Assembly: GCA_964016885.1 (NCBI GenBank)
Contig: OZ024745.1
Location: forward strand, 11,160,001 to 11,224,000
Source of the DNA: Eledone cirrhosa
Taxonomy: Eukaryota
DNA: 64,000 nucleotides
Direction: 5' to 3'
Made by a program: the position numbers and the translations under genes. The notes beneath the pieces are model-generated. The model saw only the letters and a program-made list of their open reading frames with translations, was not told where the DNA came from and searched no databases. Shown here piece by piece: positions 39,883 to 52,400 of this stretch. Position 1 is the first letter of the stretch; each line of letters begins with the position of its first letter.

Positions 39883-40048
39883 ATTATAAGGAATTTAGAT
39901 TCATAACAGGAAATTAAAATAGTTTATATGTATACTTATTGGTATAAAATTTAGGAAAAGATAGCTGTAAAAGGGAAATAAAATTATGCAGTTCTTAGTA
40001 GTAGAATATTAATTATAGGTTAACTAATTTTAAAAAAAATTTAATTAT

Positions 40049-40198
40049 AATTGTTTCTACTTTTGGAACAAGGCCACAATTACCCAGTACATTACTGGTA
40101 CTTTATTTTATCGACCCCGTAAGGATGAAAGGCAAAGTTTACCTCGGCGGGATTTGAACTCAGAATGGCAAGGGCCGTAACTCTATGCGTCAAAGCAT
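40049..40198 (-). mobile_element. 5'-truncated SINE of the same family, inverted
   Basis: Reverse complement of the core and tail of 39740-39885. Confidence 0.9.
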
Positions 40199-40394
40199 AT
40201 GGTTGGTTTTTTTAATGGTTTTTTGAAAGTTATTATATTGTATATTAGAAGAGGTAGAGAAATTAAGTTTTAAGTTGGTATTTTTGGGTATAGTGTGAGT
40301 GGCATTTAGGTGTGTATATTTCATTTGGTGTTTGTTGGTAATATTGGGTTGTATGTTTGTAGTATTATTGGTACAAGGTATATATACTAATTTG

Positions 40395-41160
40395 TTTTTG
40401 TGGCCGCTTCTAGCTTAAGCTTCGTTATAAAAGGTCGCATTTTTATCGAATATATTCTGGTTAGATGAAAGGTTAGAAATTCTGAGTGAGATATTATATG
40501 CTAGGTTTTTAAGGATAGATTTAGGGTGATTAGATTGTGAGTGTATGTAATGTAAGTTTTGGTTAGGTTTATGGTAAGGTTGGTAGATACCCGTAGATAA
40601 GTCTAAAGTTATATCAAGGAAATTAACTACTTTACTTGTGTTTTCAAATGTAATAGTGAGACTATAATAGTCTTTGAGGAAAGTTCTAATAAGTTTTTTA
40701 TTTTTTTCAATTTCTGACAGGCTAAGGTTAGTGGAAAGAAGTCATCACGATATAAACCACCTTTAAGGTGGGGAAAAGAAGCATTTATGTTAAATAGAAG
40801 AAAGAGGCCCACAAGATCGGTAATTTGGGCAGAATCGCTAGAGCCCATAGTAATGTCGAATAGATTACTATATGTATTTCTGGTCCAGTATTCCTTCTGA
40901 AATTCCAGTAGTGTTAGTCTAGCCTGCGTGATAATATTAATGTCATCCATAGTTAAGTTTGATCTATTTTTGGCAAATATCAAGGCTTTGTTCAAGAGTA
41001 TGGGTGATATAGATGGATAATAAGCATCTATATCGAATTGTAGAAATGAAGCAGATGATTTATTTCTAATATTAGTAAACCAGTTAATTACCTGGGATGT
41101 GTTTTCCCAGAGTGGTAAATTAACATATTTTCTTAATTGTGGGATGACTCTATCTAAAAT
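40395..41160 (-). pseudogene. Penelope-like element reverse transcriptase fragment (decayed)
   Basis: Minus-strand translation gives LWENTSQVINWF, FLQFDIDAYYPSI, FDITMGSSDSAQITDLVGL, GLYRDD, then after a frameshift VNFLDITLDL..YQPYHKPN..YIHSQSNHP; these are characteristic PLE RT/thumb motifs; stop near 40416. Confidence 0.88.
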
Positions 41161-41293
41161 TTTGTTTTAAAACTCTGTTTTCCTGTGTTTTTCATCGAAA
41201 AAAATTTTGAATACATCTCTTTTCATGATATTTGGATTACATTGAGTTCTTCATACGGATTGGACACTACCGTATATTTTGGTAGATTTATCT

Positions 41294-41366
<73 letters not shown>

Positions 41367-41379
41367 CAGGTTACCCAGT

Positions 41380-41450
41380 GGGCCCACGGTAGCACTGCAA
41401 GGGTCCACAGTAGCATTGTAGGGCCCACTGTAGTATTTTAGGGGCCAATG
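41380..41450. repeat. Short ~20-bp tandem repeat (3.5 units)
   Basis: GGGCCCACGGTAGCACTGCAA / GGGTCCACAGTAGCATTGTA / GGGCCCACTGTAGTATTTTA. Confidence 0.7.
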
Positions 41451-41537
41451 CTATGCTTTCAAACAATACCTGAAGTCTAAGAGAAAGAATGAATAAATAA
41501 AAAAAATATATATAATTAAGCAAAGCATTTGGTTAAC

Positions 41538-41587
41538 CAATTCCCCAGGGAATTACTAGAAACCCAAATATACGATAGAGCAAATAG
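41538..41587 (-). CDS. Candidate exon (50 nt)
   Basis: Acceptor ccactgattccag, weak donor G|gttaac; (R)YLLYRIFGFLVIPWGI(G), phase 2 to 1, the phases needed between the 43.4-kb and 35.0-kb candidates. Confidence 0.3.
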
Positions 41588-41678
41588 CTGGAATCAGTGG
41601 TTGTACATTCTACTAAATCTAAAGCTTAGTGTATTCATTCATGCATGCAAATATACATAAATAGGCACAGACACACAA

Positions 41679-41783
<105 letters not shown>

Positions 41784-41914
41784 CAAGAAAGTAAGTGTTG
41801 GTAAAATCCAGTACTTCAGTATGCGGATAGGGAGCACTCAACGAAGATATAAGTTCCGGAGTTATAATAGTGACGAAACATAAGTCAATTCCATGAACTC
41901 ATAATCCTTTATTT

Positions 41915-41970
41915 ACTGCTATATATATTTCGATAATAGGCATTGAATGGCTATGACCTCATCAGGCAGT
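41915..41970 (-). ncRNA. Type-I hammerhead motif, copy 2 (intact core, perfect stem I)
   Basis: ACUGC-CUGAUGA-GGUCAUAGCCAUUCAAUGCCCUAUUAUC-GAAA-UAUAUA-UA-GCAGU, then AAAUAAA; predicted cleavage after AUA. Confidence 0.75.
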
Positions 41971-42298
41971 TAGTTAGTTCTTAGATATGCCAGCTCTGTG
42001 TTTATAGTATTGATGGTATCAGAGCCTTAGGACATATGAGCTTGTTAGGAATAATTTAATGTTGTCAGCAGGAATAGTCTTAATTCTCATTGGTCAGTTT
42101 GTAGATGCTAGTAGGGTTGGTATTTGACCTCAAAGAGGCAGGCGGTGTTGTAAATTTTAAACCGTCAAGCAAGATGACAATAGTTCCATATGACTGATTT
42201 TCACAAAAAGCATTCCTGGTCAGATATATATTCAATTAAGGTTAATAGTATGAAATAGATACTACAGGTCATTCTTAAATATATATATATATATATAT

Positions 42299-42522
42299 TT
42301 AATACAATAACAGAGATAGTTTAAAGCTAAACTCTGACTGGTAACCATCTCACTCAACAAACATTAGGTTATATTAAAATATAAACCCAATTTAAGTGTT
42401 TGGGGTGCTAACAAAATGTATAATGTGGAAAAACCAGTTGTATTATTTTATGAGATATAATTAAAGTTAAAGTATATCTCACTTTCCTAACAATTGTTTC
42501 ATTATAAGTTTTCTACAAGTTT
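42299..42522. repeat. ~220-bp dispersed repeat, copy 2
   Basis: Direct repeat of 38436-38655. Confidence 0.9.
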
Positions 42523-42545
42523 GAGAATATGTATATATATATATT

Positions 42546-42585
<40 letters not shown>

Positions 42586-42710
42586 CTTATTCACATGACA
42601 GTCATCAACCAACCAAATTACTTTTCTAAAAACCTAGCATTTCGAGACACTTTTTTCCATATGAAACAGTAGTAACATTCGAACACCAACCAGATGCGAA
42701 AAAACCACTA

Positions 42711-42746
42711 CTTTTGAAAAGTACAAGAACTGCGAAACCGGTAAGG
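42711..42746 (+). ncRNA. Decayed hammerhead motif
   Basis: CUU-UUGAAAA-GUA(CAAGAAC)UGC-GAAAC(CG)GUA-AGG, AAUAAA ~5 nt later; two changes in the CUGANGA strand. Confidence 0.35.
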
Positions 42747-42887
42747 AACCAAATAAATATTTTTTAAAAAGACTCCAGTTGCATTTTCGATTTCATCTTT
42801 TTTCCTTATACTTTCACTCGTGTAGGACATCAGGTTTCTTTTTCATTTTGGAAAAAAACATCATTTTCTAATACACATATATATATA

Positions 42888-43200
42888 TATTATAAAGGAA
42901 ACGGAAAATCAGTGATGCATCTGAACTTAGTTTATTTCGTGTTACAAATGTTTAGCCGGCATGTAGCTCGAGTCATGGTCCTTGTATGGATCTGGCTGAT
43001 TCTACTTTTGCGGGTTGTTTCAGACGCGGGTGTTACGTCCGGAGCAAATTTTATCACACGTGTCTGAAAGAACCCGCAGAAGTATAATCAGACAGATCCA
43101 TACAAGGAGCATGACTCGAGCTACATGCCGGTGAAACATTTGTAACACGAAATAAACTAAGTCCAGATGCATCACTGATTTTTCGTTTCCTTCATAATAT
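42888..43200. repeat. ~310-bp imperfect palindrome (two ~145-bp arms, ~20-bp spacer)
   Basis: GAAAATCAGTGATGCATCTGAACTTAGTTTATTTCGTGTTACAAATG... is mirrored by ...CATTTGTAACACGAAATAAACTAAGTCCAGATGCATCACTGATTTTTC. Confidence 0.95.
43059..43149 (+). ncRNA. Hammerhead-like motif with long stem II, in the right palindrome arm
   Basis: CGUGU-CUGAAAGA-ACCCGCA...UGCCGGU-GAAAC(AUUU)GUA-ACACG, then AAAUAAA; 5-bp stem I, one extra nucleotide in the core. Confidence 0.5.
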
Positions 43201-43383
43201 CTACACTCTATTCTGATGAATATCGAGTGCTAATTTTGGCATACCGCCTACGGAAGCACCATAGCTACCACTATACACAACATATATATATATATATATT
43301 TATATACGTACACACGTTAAAACCATGTAGGAAAAACATTTTTAGCCCTCTTAGATAGACACTTTCCCATAGGTCATAAATAC

Positions 43384-43487
43384 CGCTCCATCTTTAACCG
43401 AAACAAAGTTAAACTATGATACTCCTGCGCTAAGAACATGAAGGCCCACATCACCAGCAGCCCTAGAAGCAACACCGCCAGGGTGTT
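43384..43487 (-). CDS. Candidate exon encoding a transmembrane segment
   Basis: GC-richer island right after the AG that ends the satellite; [34 protein letters not shown], donor CG|gtattt (or read-through RYL* ending at 43374). Confidence 0.55.
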
Positions 43488-46400
43488 CTAACATATGGTA
43501 GTAACTAAACATATGACAGCAACTAAACATATGGTAGTAACTGAACATATGGTAGTAATTAAACATATGGTAGTAACTAAACATATGACAGCAACTAAAC
43601 ATATGGTAGTAACTAAACATATGGTAGTAACTAAACATATGGTAGTAACTAAACATATGACAGCAACTAAACATATGATAGTAACTAAACATATGGTAGT
43701 AACTAAACATATGGTAGTAACTAAACATATGGTAGTAACTAAACATATGACAGCAACTAAACATATGGTAGTAACTAAACATATGACAGCAACTAAACAT
43801 ATGGTAGTAACTAAACATATGACAGTAACTAAACATATGGTAGTAACTAAACATATAGTAGTAACTAAACATATGACAGCAACTAAACATATGGTAGTAA
43901 CTAAACATATGGTAGTAACTAAACATCTGAAAGTAACTAAACATATGGTAGTAACTAAACATATGGTAGTAACTAAACATATGGTAGTAACTAAACATAT
44001 GGTAGTAACTAAACATATGGTAGTAACTAAACATATGGTAGTAACTAAACATATGGTAGTAACTAAACATATGACAGTAACTAAACATATGGTAGTAACT
44101 AAACATATGACAGCAACTAAACATATGGTAGTAACTAAACATATGGTAGTAACTAAACATATGGTAGTAACTAAACATATGACAGCAACTAAACATATGG
44201 TAGTAACTAAACAAATGGTAGTAACTAAACATATGGTAGTAACTAAACATATGGTAGTAACTAAAAATATGGTAGTAACTAAACATATGGTAGTAACTAA
44301 ACATATGACAGTAACTAAACATATGGTAGTAACTAAACATATGATAGTAACTAAACATATGATAGTAACTAAACATATGGTAGTAACTAAACATATGGTA
44401 GTAACTAAACATATGACAGTAACTAAACATATGATAGTAACTAAACATATGATAGTAACTAAACATATGGTAGTAACTAAACATATGATAGTAACTAACC
44501 ATATGGTAGTAACTAAACATATGGTAGTAACTAAATATATGATAGTAACTAAACATATGATAGTAACTAACCATATGGTAGTAACTAAACATATGGTAGT
44601 AACTAAACATATGGTAGTAACTAAACATATGACTGTAACTAAACATATGGCAGTAACTAAACATATGGTAGTAACTAAACATATGGTAGTAACTAAACAT
44701 ATGATAGTAACTAAACATATGGTAGTAAGTAAACATATGATAGTAACTAAACATATGGTAGTAACTAAACATATGGTAGTAACTAAACATATGATAGTAA
44801 CTAAACATATGACAGTAACTAAACATATCATAGTAACTAAACATAGGATAGTAACTAAACATATGGTAGTAACTAAACATGATAGTAACTAAACATATGG
44901 TAGCAACTAAACATATGGTGGTAACTAAACATATGGTAGTAACTAAACATATGATAGTAAATAAACATAGGATGGTAACTAAACATGATATTAACTAAAC
45001 ATATGGTAGTAACTAAATATGATAGTAACTAAACATATGGTAGTAACTAAACATATGACAGTAACTAAACAATTGGTAGTAACTAAACATATGGTAGTAA
45101 CTAAACATATGGTAGTAACTAAACATATGGTAGTAACTAAACATATGGTAGTAACTAAACATATGACAGTAACGAAACATATGATAGTAACTAAACATAT
45201 GGGAGTAACTAAATATATGACAGTAACTAAACATATGATAGTAACTAAACATAGGATAGTAACTAAACATATGACTGTAACTAAACATGATAGTAACTAA
45301 ACATATGGTAGTAACTAAACATTTGATGGTAACTAAACATATGGTAGTAACTAAACATATGGTGGTAACTAAACATATGGTAGTAACTAAACAAATGATA
45401 GTAACTAAACATATGATAGTAACGAAACATATGATAGTAACTAAACATATGGTAGTAAGTAAACATATGACAGTAACTAAACAATTGGTAGTAACTAAAC
45501 ATATGGTAGTAACTAAACATATGGTAGTAACTAAACATATGGTAGTAACTAAACATATGGTAGTAACTAAACATATGACAGTAACTAAACATATGATAGT
45601 AACTAAACATATGGGAGTAACTAAATATATGACAGTAACTAAACATATGATAGTAACTAAACATAGGATAGTAACTAAACATATGACTGTAACTAAACAT
45701 GATAGTAACTAAACATATGGTAGTAACTAAACATTTGATGGTAACTAAACATATGGTAGTAACTAAACATATGGTGGTAACTAAACATATGGTAGTAACT
45801 AAACAAATGATAGTAACTAAACATATGATAGTAACTAAACATATGATAGTAACTAAACATATGGTAGTAAGTAAACATATGACAGTAACTAAACAATTGG
45901 TAGTAACTAAACATATGGTAGTAACTAAACATATGGTAGTAACTAAACATATGGTAGTAACTAAACATATGATAGTAACTAAACATATGGTAGTAAGTAA
46001 ACATATGACAGTAACTAAACATTTGATGGTAACTAAATATATGGTAGTAACTAAACATATGATAGTAACTAAACATATGATAGTAACTAAACATATGATA
46101 GTAACTAAACATATGGTAGTAACTAAACATATGACAGTAACTAAATATATGATAGTAACTAAACATATGATAGTAACTAAACATAGGATAGTAACTAAAC
46201 ATATGAATGTAACTAAACATATGACAGTAACTAAACATATCATAGTAACTAAACATAGGATAGTAACTAAACATATGGTAGTAACTAAACATATGGTAGT
46301 AACTAAACATATGGTAGTAACTAAACAAATGATAGTAACTAAACATATGATAGTAATTAAACATATGATAGTAACTAAACATATGGTAGTAACTAAACAT

Positions 46401-49400
46401 ATGATAGTAACTAAACATATGGTAGTAACTAAAGATGATAATAACTAAACATATGGTAGTAACTAAACATGATAGTAACTGAACATATGATAGTAACTAA
46501 ACATAATGGTAGTAACTAAACATATGGTAGTAACTAAACATATGGTAGTAACTAAACATATCATAGTAACTAAACCTATGATAGGAACTAAACATATGGT
46601 AGTAACTAAACATATGACAGTAACTAAACATATGGTAGTAACTAAACATATGGTAGTAACTAAACATATGGTAGTAACTAAATATATGATAGTAACTAAA
46701 CATATGACAGTAACTAAACATATGGTAGTAACTAAACATATGGTAGTATCTAAACATATGGTAATAACTAAACATATGATAGTAACTAAACATATGATAG
46801 TAACTAAACATACGGTAGTAACTAAACATATGGTCGTAACTAAACATGATAGTAACTAAACATATGGTAGTAACTAAACATATGATAGTAACTAAACATA
46901 TGGTAGTAACTAAACATATGACAGTAACTAAACATATGGTAGTAACTAAACATATGGTAGTAACTAAACATATGGTAGTAACTAAACATATTATAGTAAC
47001 TAAACATATGGTAGTATCTAAACATATGGTAGTAACTAAACATATGATAGTAACTAAACATATGATAGTAACTAAACATATGGTAGTAACTAAACATATG
47101 GTAGTAATTATACATGATAGTAACTAAACATGGTAGTAACTAAACATATGATAGTAACTAAACATATGGTAGTAACTAAACATATGACAGTAACTAAACA
47201 TATGGTAGTAACTAAACATATGGTAGTAACTAAACATATGGTAGTAACTAAACATATGATAGTAACTAAACATATGATAGCAACTAAACATATGGTAGTA
47301 ACTAAACATATGGTAGTAACTAAACATATGATAGTAACTAAACATATGATAGTAACTAAACATATGGTAGTAACTAAACATGATAGTAACTAAACATATG
47401 GTAGTAACTAAACATATGGTAGTAATTAAACATGATAATAACTAAACATATGGTAGTAACTAAACATGATAGTAACTAAACATATGGTAGTAACTAAACA
47501 TATGACAGTAACAAAACATATGGTAGTAACTAAACATATGGTAGTAACTAAACATATGGTAGTAACTAAACATATGGTAGTAACTAAACATGTGACAGTA
47601 ACTAAACATATGGTAGTAACTAAACATATGGTAGTAACTAAGCATATGGTAGTAACTAAACATATGGTAGTAACTAAACATATGACAGTAACTAAACATA
47701 TGGTAGTAACTAAACATATGGTAGTGACTAAACATATGGTAGTAACTAAACATATGGTAGTAACTAAACATATGATAGTAACTAAACATATGATAGTAAC
47801 TAAAGATAGGGTAGTAACTAAACACATGGTAGTAACTAAACATATGGTAGTAACTAAACATATCATAGTAACTAAACCTATGATAGGAACTAAACATATG
47901 GTAGTAACTAGACATACGACAGTAACTAAACATATGGTAGTAACTAAACATATGGTAGTATCTAAACATATGGTAGTAACTAAACATATGATAGTAACTA
48001 AACATATGGTAGTAACTAAACATATGGTAGTAACTAAACATGATAGTAACTAAACATATGGTAGTAACTAAACATATGATAGTAACTAAACATATGATAG
48101 TAACTAAACATATGGTAGTAACTAAACATATGATAGTAACTAAACATATGGTAGTAACTAAACATATGGTAGTAACTAAACATATGATAGTAACTAAAAA
48201 TATGGTAGTAACAAAACATATGGTAGTAACTAAACATATGGTAGTAACTAAACATATGATAGTAACTGAACATATGATAGTAACTAAACATATGACAGTA
48301 ACTAAACATATGGTAGTAACTAAACATTTTGTAGTAACTAAACATATGGTAGCAACTAAACATATGATAGTAACTAAACATATGGTAGTAACTAAACATA
48401 ACGTAGTAACTAAACATATGGTAGTAACTTAACATATGGTAGTAACTAAAGATATGATAGCAACTAAACATATGATAGTAACTAAACATATGACAGTAAC
48501 TAAACATATGGTAGTAACTAAACATTGACAGTAACTAAACATATGATAGTAACTAAACATATGTTCGTAACTAAGCATATGGTAGCAACTAAACATATGA
48601 GAGTAACTAAACATATGGTAGTAACTAAACATATGATAGTAACTAAACATATGGCAGTAATTAAACATATGATAGTAACTAAACATATGGTAGTAACTAA
48701 ATATATGGTAGTAACTAAACATATGACAGTAACTAAACATATGGTAGTAACTAAACATATGGGAGTAATTAAACATATGATAGTAACTAAAAATATGGTA
48801 GTAACTAAACATATGGTAGTAACTAAACATATGGTAGTAACTAAACATATGATAGTAACTGAACATATGTTCGTAACTAAGCATATGATAGCAACTAAAC
48901 ATATGAGAGTAACTAAACATATGGTAGTAACTAAACATATGATAGTAACTAAACATATGGCAGTAATTAAACATATGATAGTAACTAAACATATGGTAGT
49001 AACTAAATATATGGTAGTAACTAAACATATGACAGTAACTAAATATATGATAGTAACTAAACATATGGGAGTAATTAAACATATGATATCATCTAAACAT
49101 ATGATAGTAACTAAACATATGATAGTAACTAAACATATGATAGTAACTAAACATATGGTAGTAACTAAACATATGTTAGTAACTAAACATATGATAGTAA
49201 CTAAACATATGGTAGTAACTAAACATATGATAGTAACTAAACATGATAGTAACTAAACATATGGTAGTAACTAAACATATGATAGTAACTAAACATATGG
49301 TAGTAACTAAACATATGATAGTAACTAAACATATGGTAGTAACTAAACATATGATAGTAACTAAACATATGATAGTAACTAAATATATGGTAGTAACTAA

Positions 49401-52400
49401 ACATATGACAGTAACTAAACATATGGTAGTAACTATACATATGACAGTAACTAAACATATGGTAGTAACTAAACATATGGTAGTAACTAAACATATGGTA
49501 GTAACTAAACATATGGTAGTAACTAAACATATGACAGTAACTAAACATATGGTAGTAACTAAACATATTGTAGTAACTAAACATATGGTAGTAACTAAAC
49601 ATATGGTAGTAACTAAACATGATAGCAACTAAACATATGACAGTAACTAAACATACGATAGTAACTAAACATATGGTAGTAAATAAACATATGGTAGTAA
49701 CTAAACATGATAATAACTAAACATATGGTAGTAACTAAACATGATAGTAACTAAACATATGGTAGTAACTAAACATATGGTAGTAACTAAACATATGGAA
49801 GTAACTAAACATATGATAGTAACTAAACATATGATAGTAACTAAACATATGGTAGTAACTAAACATATGGTAGTAACTAAACATGATAGAAACTAAACAT
49901 ATGGTAGTAACTAAACATATGATAGTAACTAAACATATGGTAGTAACTAAACATATGACAGTAACTAAACATATGGTAGTAACTAAACATATGGTAGTAA
50001 CTAAACATATGGTAGTAACTAAACATATGGTATTAACTAAACATGTGACAGTAACTAAACATATGATAGTAACTAAACATATGGTAGTAACTAAACATAT
50101 AGTAGTAACTAAACATGATAGTAACTAAACATATGGTAGTAACTAAACATATGACAGTAACTAAACATATGACAGTAACTAAACATATGGTAGTAACTAA
50201 ACATATGGTAGTAACTAAACATATGATAGTAACTAAACATATGGTAGTAACTAAACATATGGTAGTAACTAAACATATGGTAGTAACTAAACATATGGTA
50301 GTAACTAAACATATGGTAGTAACTAAACATATGACAGTAACTAAACATATGGTAGTAACTAAACATATGGTAGTAACTAAACATATGACAGTAACTAAAC
50401 ATATGGTAGCAACTAAACATATGGTAGTAACTAAACATATGGTAGTAACTAAACATATGGTAGTAACTAAACATATGGTAGTAACTAATCATATGACAGT
50501 AACTAAACAAATGGTAGTAACTAAACATATGATAGTAACTAAACATATGATAGTAACTAAACATATGGTAGTAACTAAACATATGGTAGTAACTAAACAT
50601 ATGATAGTAACTAAACATATGGTAGTAACTAAACATTTGGTAGTAACTAAATATTTGGTAGTAACTAAACATATGATAGTAACTAAACATATGGTAGTAA
50701 CTAAACATATGGTAGTAACTAAACATATGATAGCAACTAAACATATGATAGCAACTAAACATATGGTAGTAACTAAACATATGGTAGTAACTAAACATAT
50801 GATAGTAACTAAACATATGGCAGTAATTAAACATATGATAGTAACTAAACATATGGTAGTAACTAAATATATGGTAGTAACTAAACATATGACAGTAACT
50901 AAACATATGATAGTAACTAAACATATGGCAGTAATTAAACATATGATAGCATCTAAACATATGATAGTAACTAAACATATGATAGTAACTAAACATATGA
51001 TAGTAACTAAACATATGACAGTAACTAAACATATGCTAGTAACTAAACATATGGTAGTAACTAAACATATGGTAGTAACTAAACATTTGGTAGTAACTAA
51101 ACATATGATAGCAACTAAACATATGGTAGTAACTAAACATATGACAGTAACTAAACATATGGTAGTAACTAAACATTTTGTAGTAACTAAACATATGGTA
51201 GTAACTAAACATTTGGTAGTAACTAAACATATGATAGCAACTAAACATATGATAGTAACTAAACATATGACAGTAACTAAACATATGATAGTAACTAAAC
51301 ATATGATAGTAACTAAACATATGGTAGTAACTAAACATATGGTAGTAACTAAACATATGACAGTAACTAAACATATGGTAGTAACTAAACATATGGTAGT
51401 AATTAAACATTTGGTAGTAACTAAACATATGATAGCAACTAAACATATGATAGTAACTAAACATATGACAGTAACTAAACATATGGTAGTAACTAAACAT
51501 TGACAGTAACTAAACATATGATAGTAACTAAACATATGTTCGTAACTAAGCATATGATAGCAACTAAACATATGAGAGTAACTAAACATATGGTAGTAAC
51601 TAAACATATGATAGTAACTAAACATATTGCAGTAATTAAACATATGATAGTAACTAAACATATGGTAGTAACTAAATATATGGTAGTAACTAAACATATG
51701 ACAGTAACTAAACATATGATAGTAACTAAACATATGGCAGTAATTAAACATATGATAGCATCTAAACATATGATAGTAACTAAACATATGATAGTAACTA
51801 AACATATGATAGTAACTAAACATATGTTAGTAACTAAACATATGGTAGTAACTAAACATATGGTAGTAACTAAACATATGTTAGTAACTAAACATATGAT
51901 AGTAACTAAACATATAGTAATAACTAAACATATGATAGTAACTAAACATATGGTAATAACTAAACATATGATAGTAACTAAACATAGGATAGTAACTAAA
52001 CATATGATAGTAACTAAGCATGATAGTAACTAAACATATGTTAGTAACTAAACATATGGTAGTAACTAAACATATGGTAGTAACTAAACATATGGTAGTA
52101 ACTAAACATATGGTAGTAACTCAACATATGGTAGTAACTAAACATATGGTAGTAACTAAACATATGGTAGTAACTAAACATATGACAGCAACTAAACATA
52201 TGGTAGTAACTAAACATATGGTAGTAACTAAACATATGGTAGTAACTAAACACATGGTAGTAACTAAACATATGGTAGTAACTAAACATATGACAGTAAC
52301 TAAACATATGGTAGTAACTAAATATATGATAGTAACAAAACATATGAGAGTAACTAAACATATGGTAGTAACTAAACATATGGTAGTAACTAAACATATG

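Noticed and set aside
41470-41476. 7-nt microexon ACTTCAG on the minus strand
   Set aside because: It would shift downstream candidates into a frame that stops in the 21.8-kb exon; kept only as a possible recursive site.
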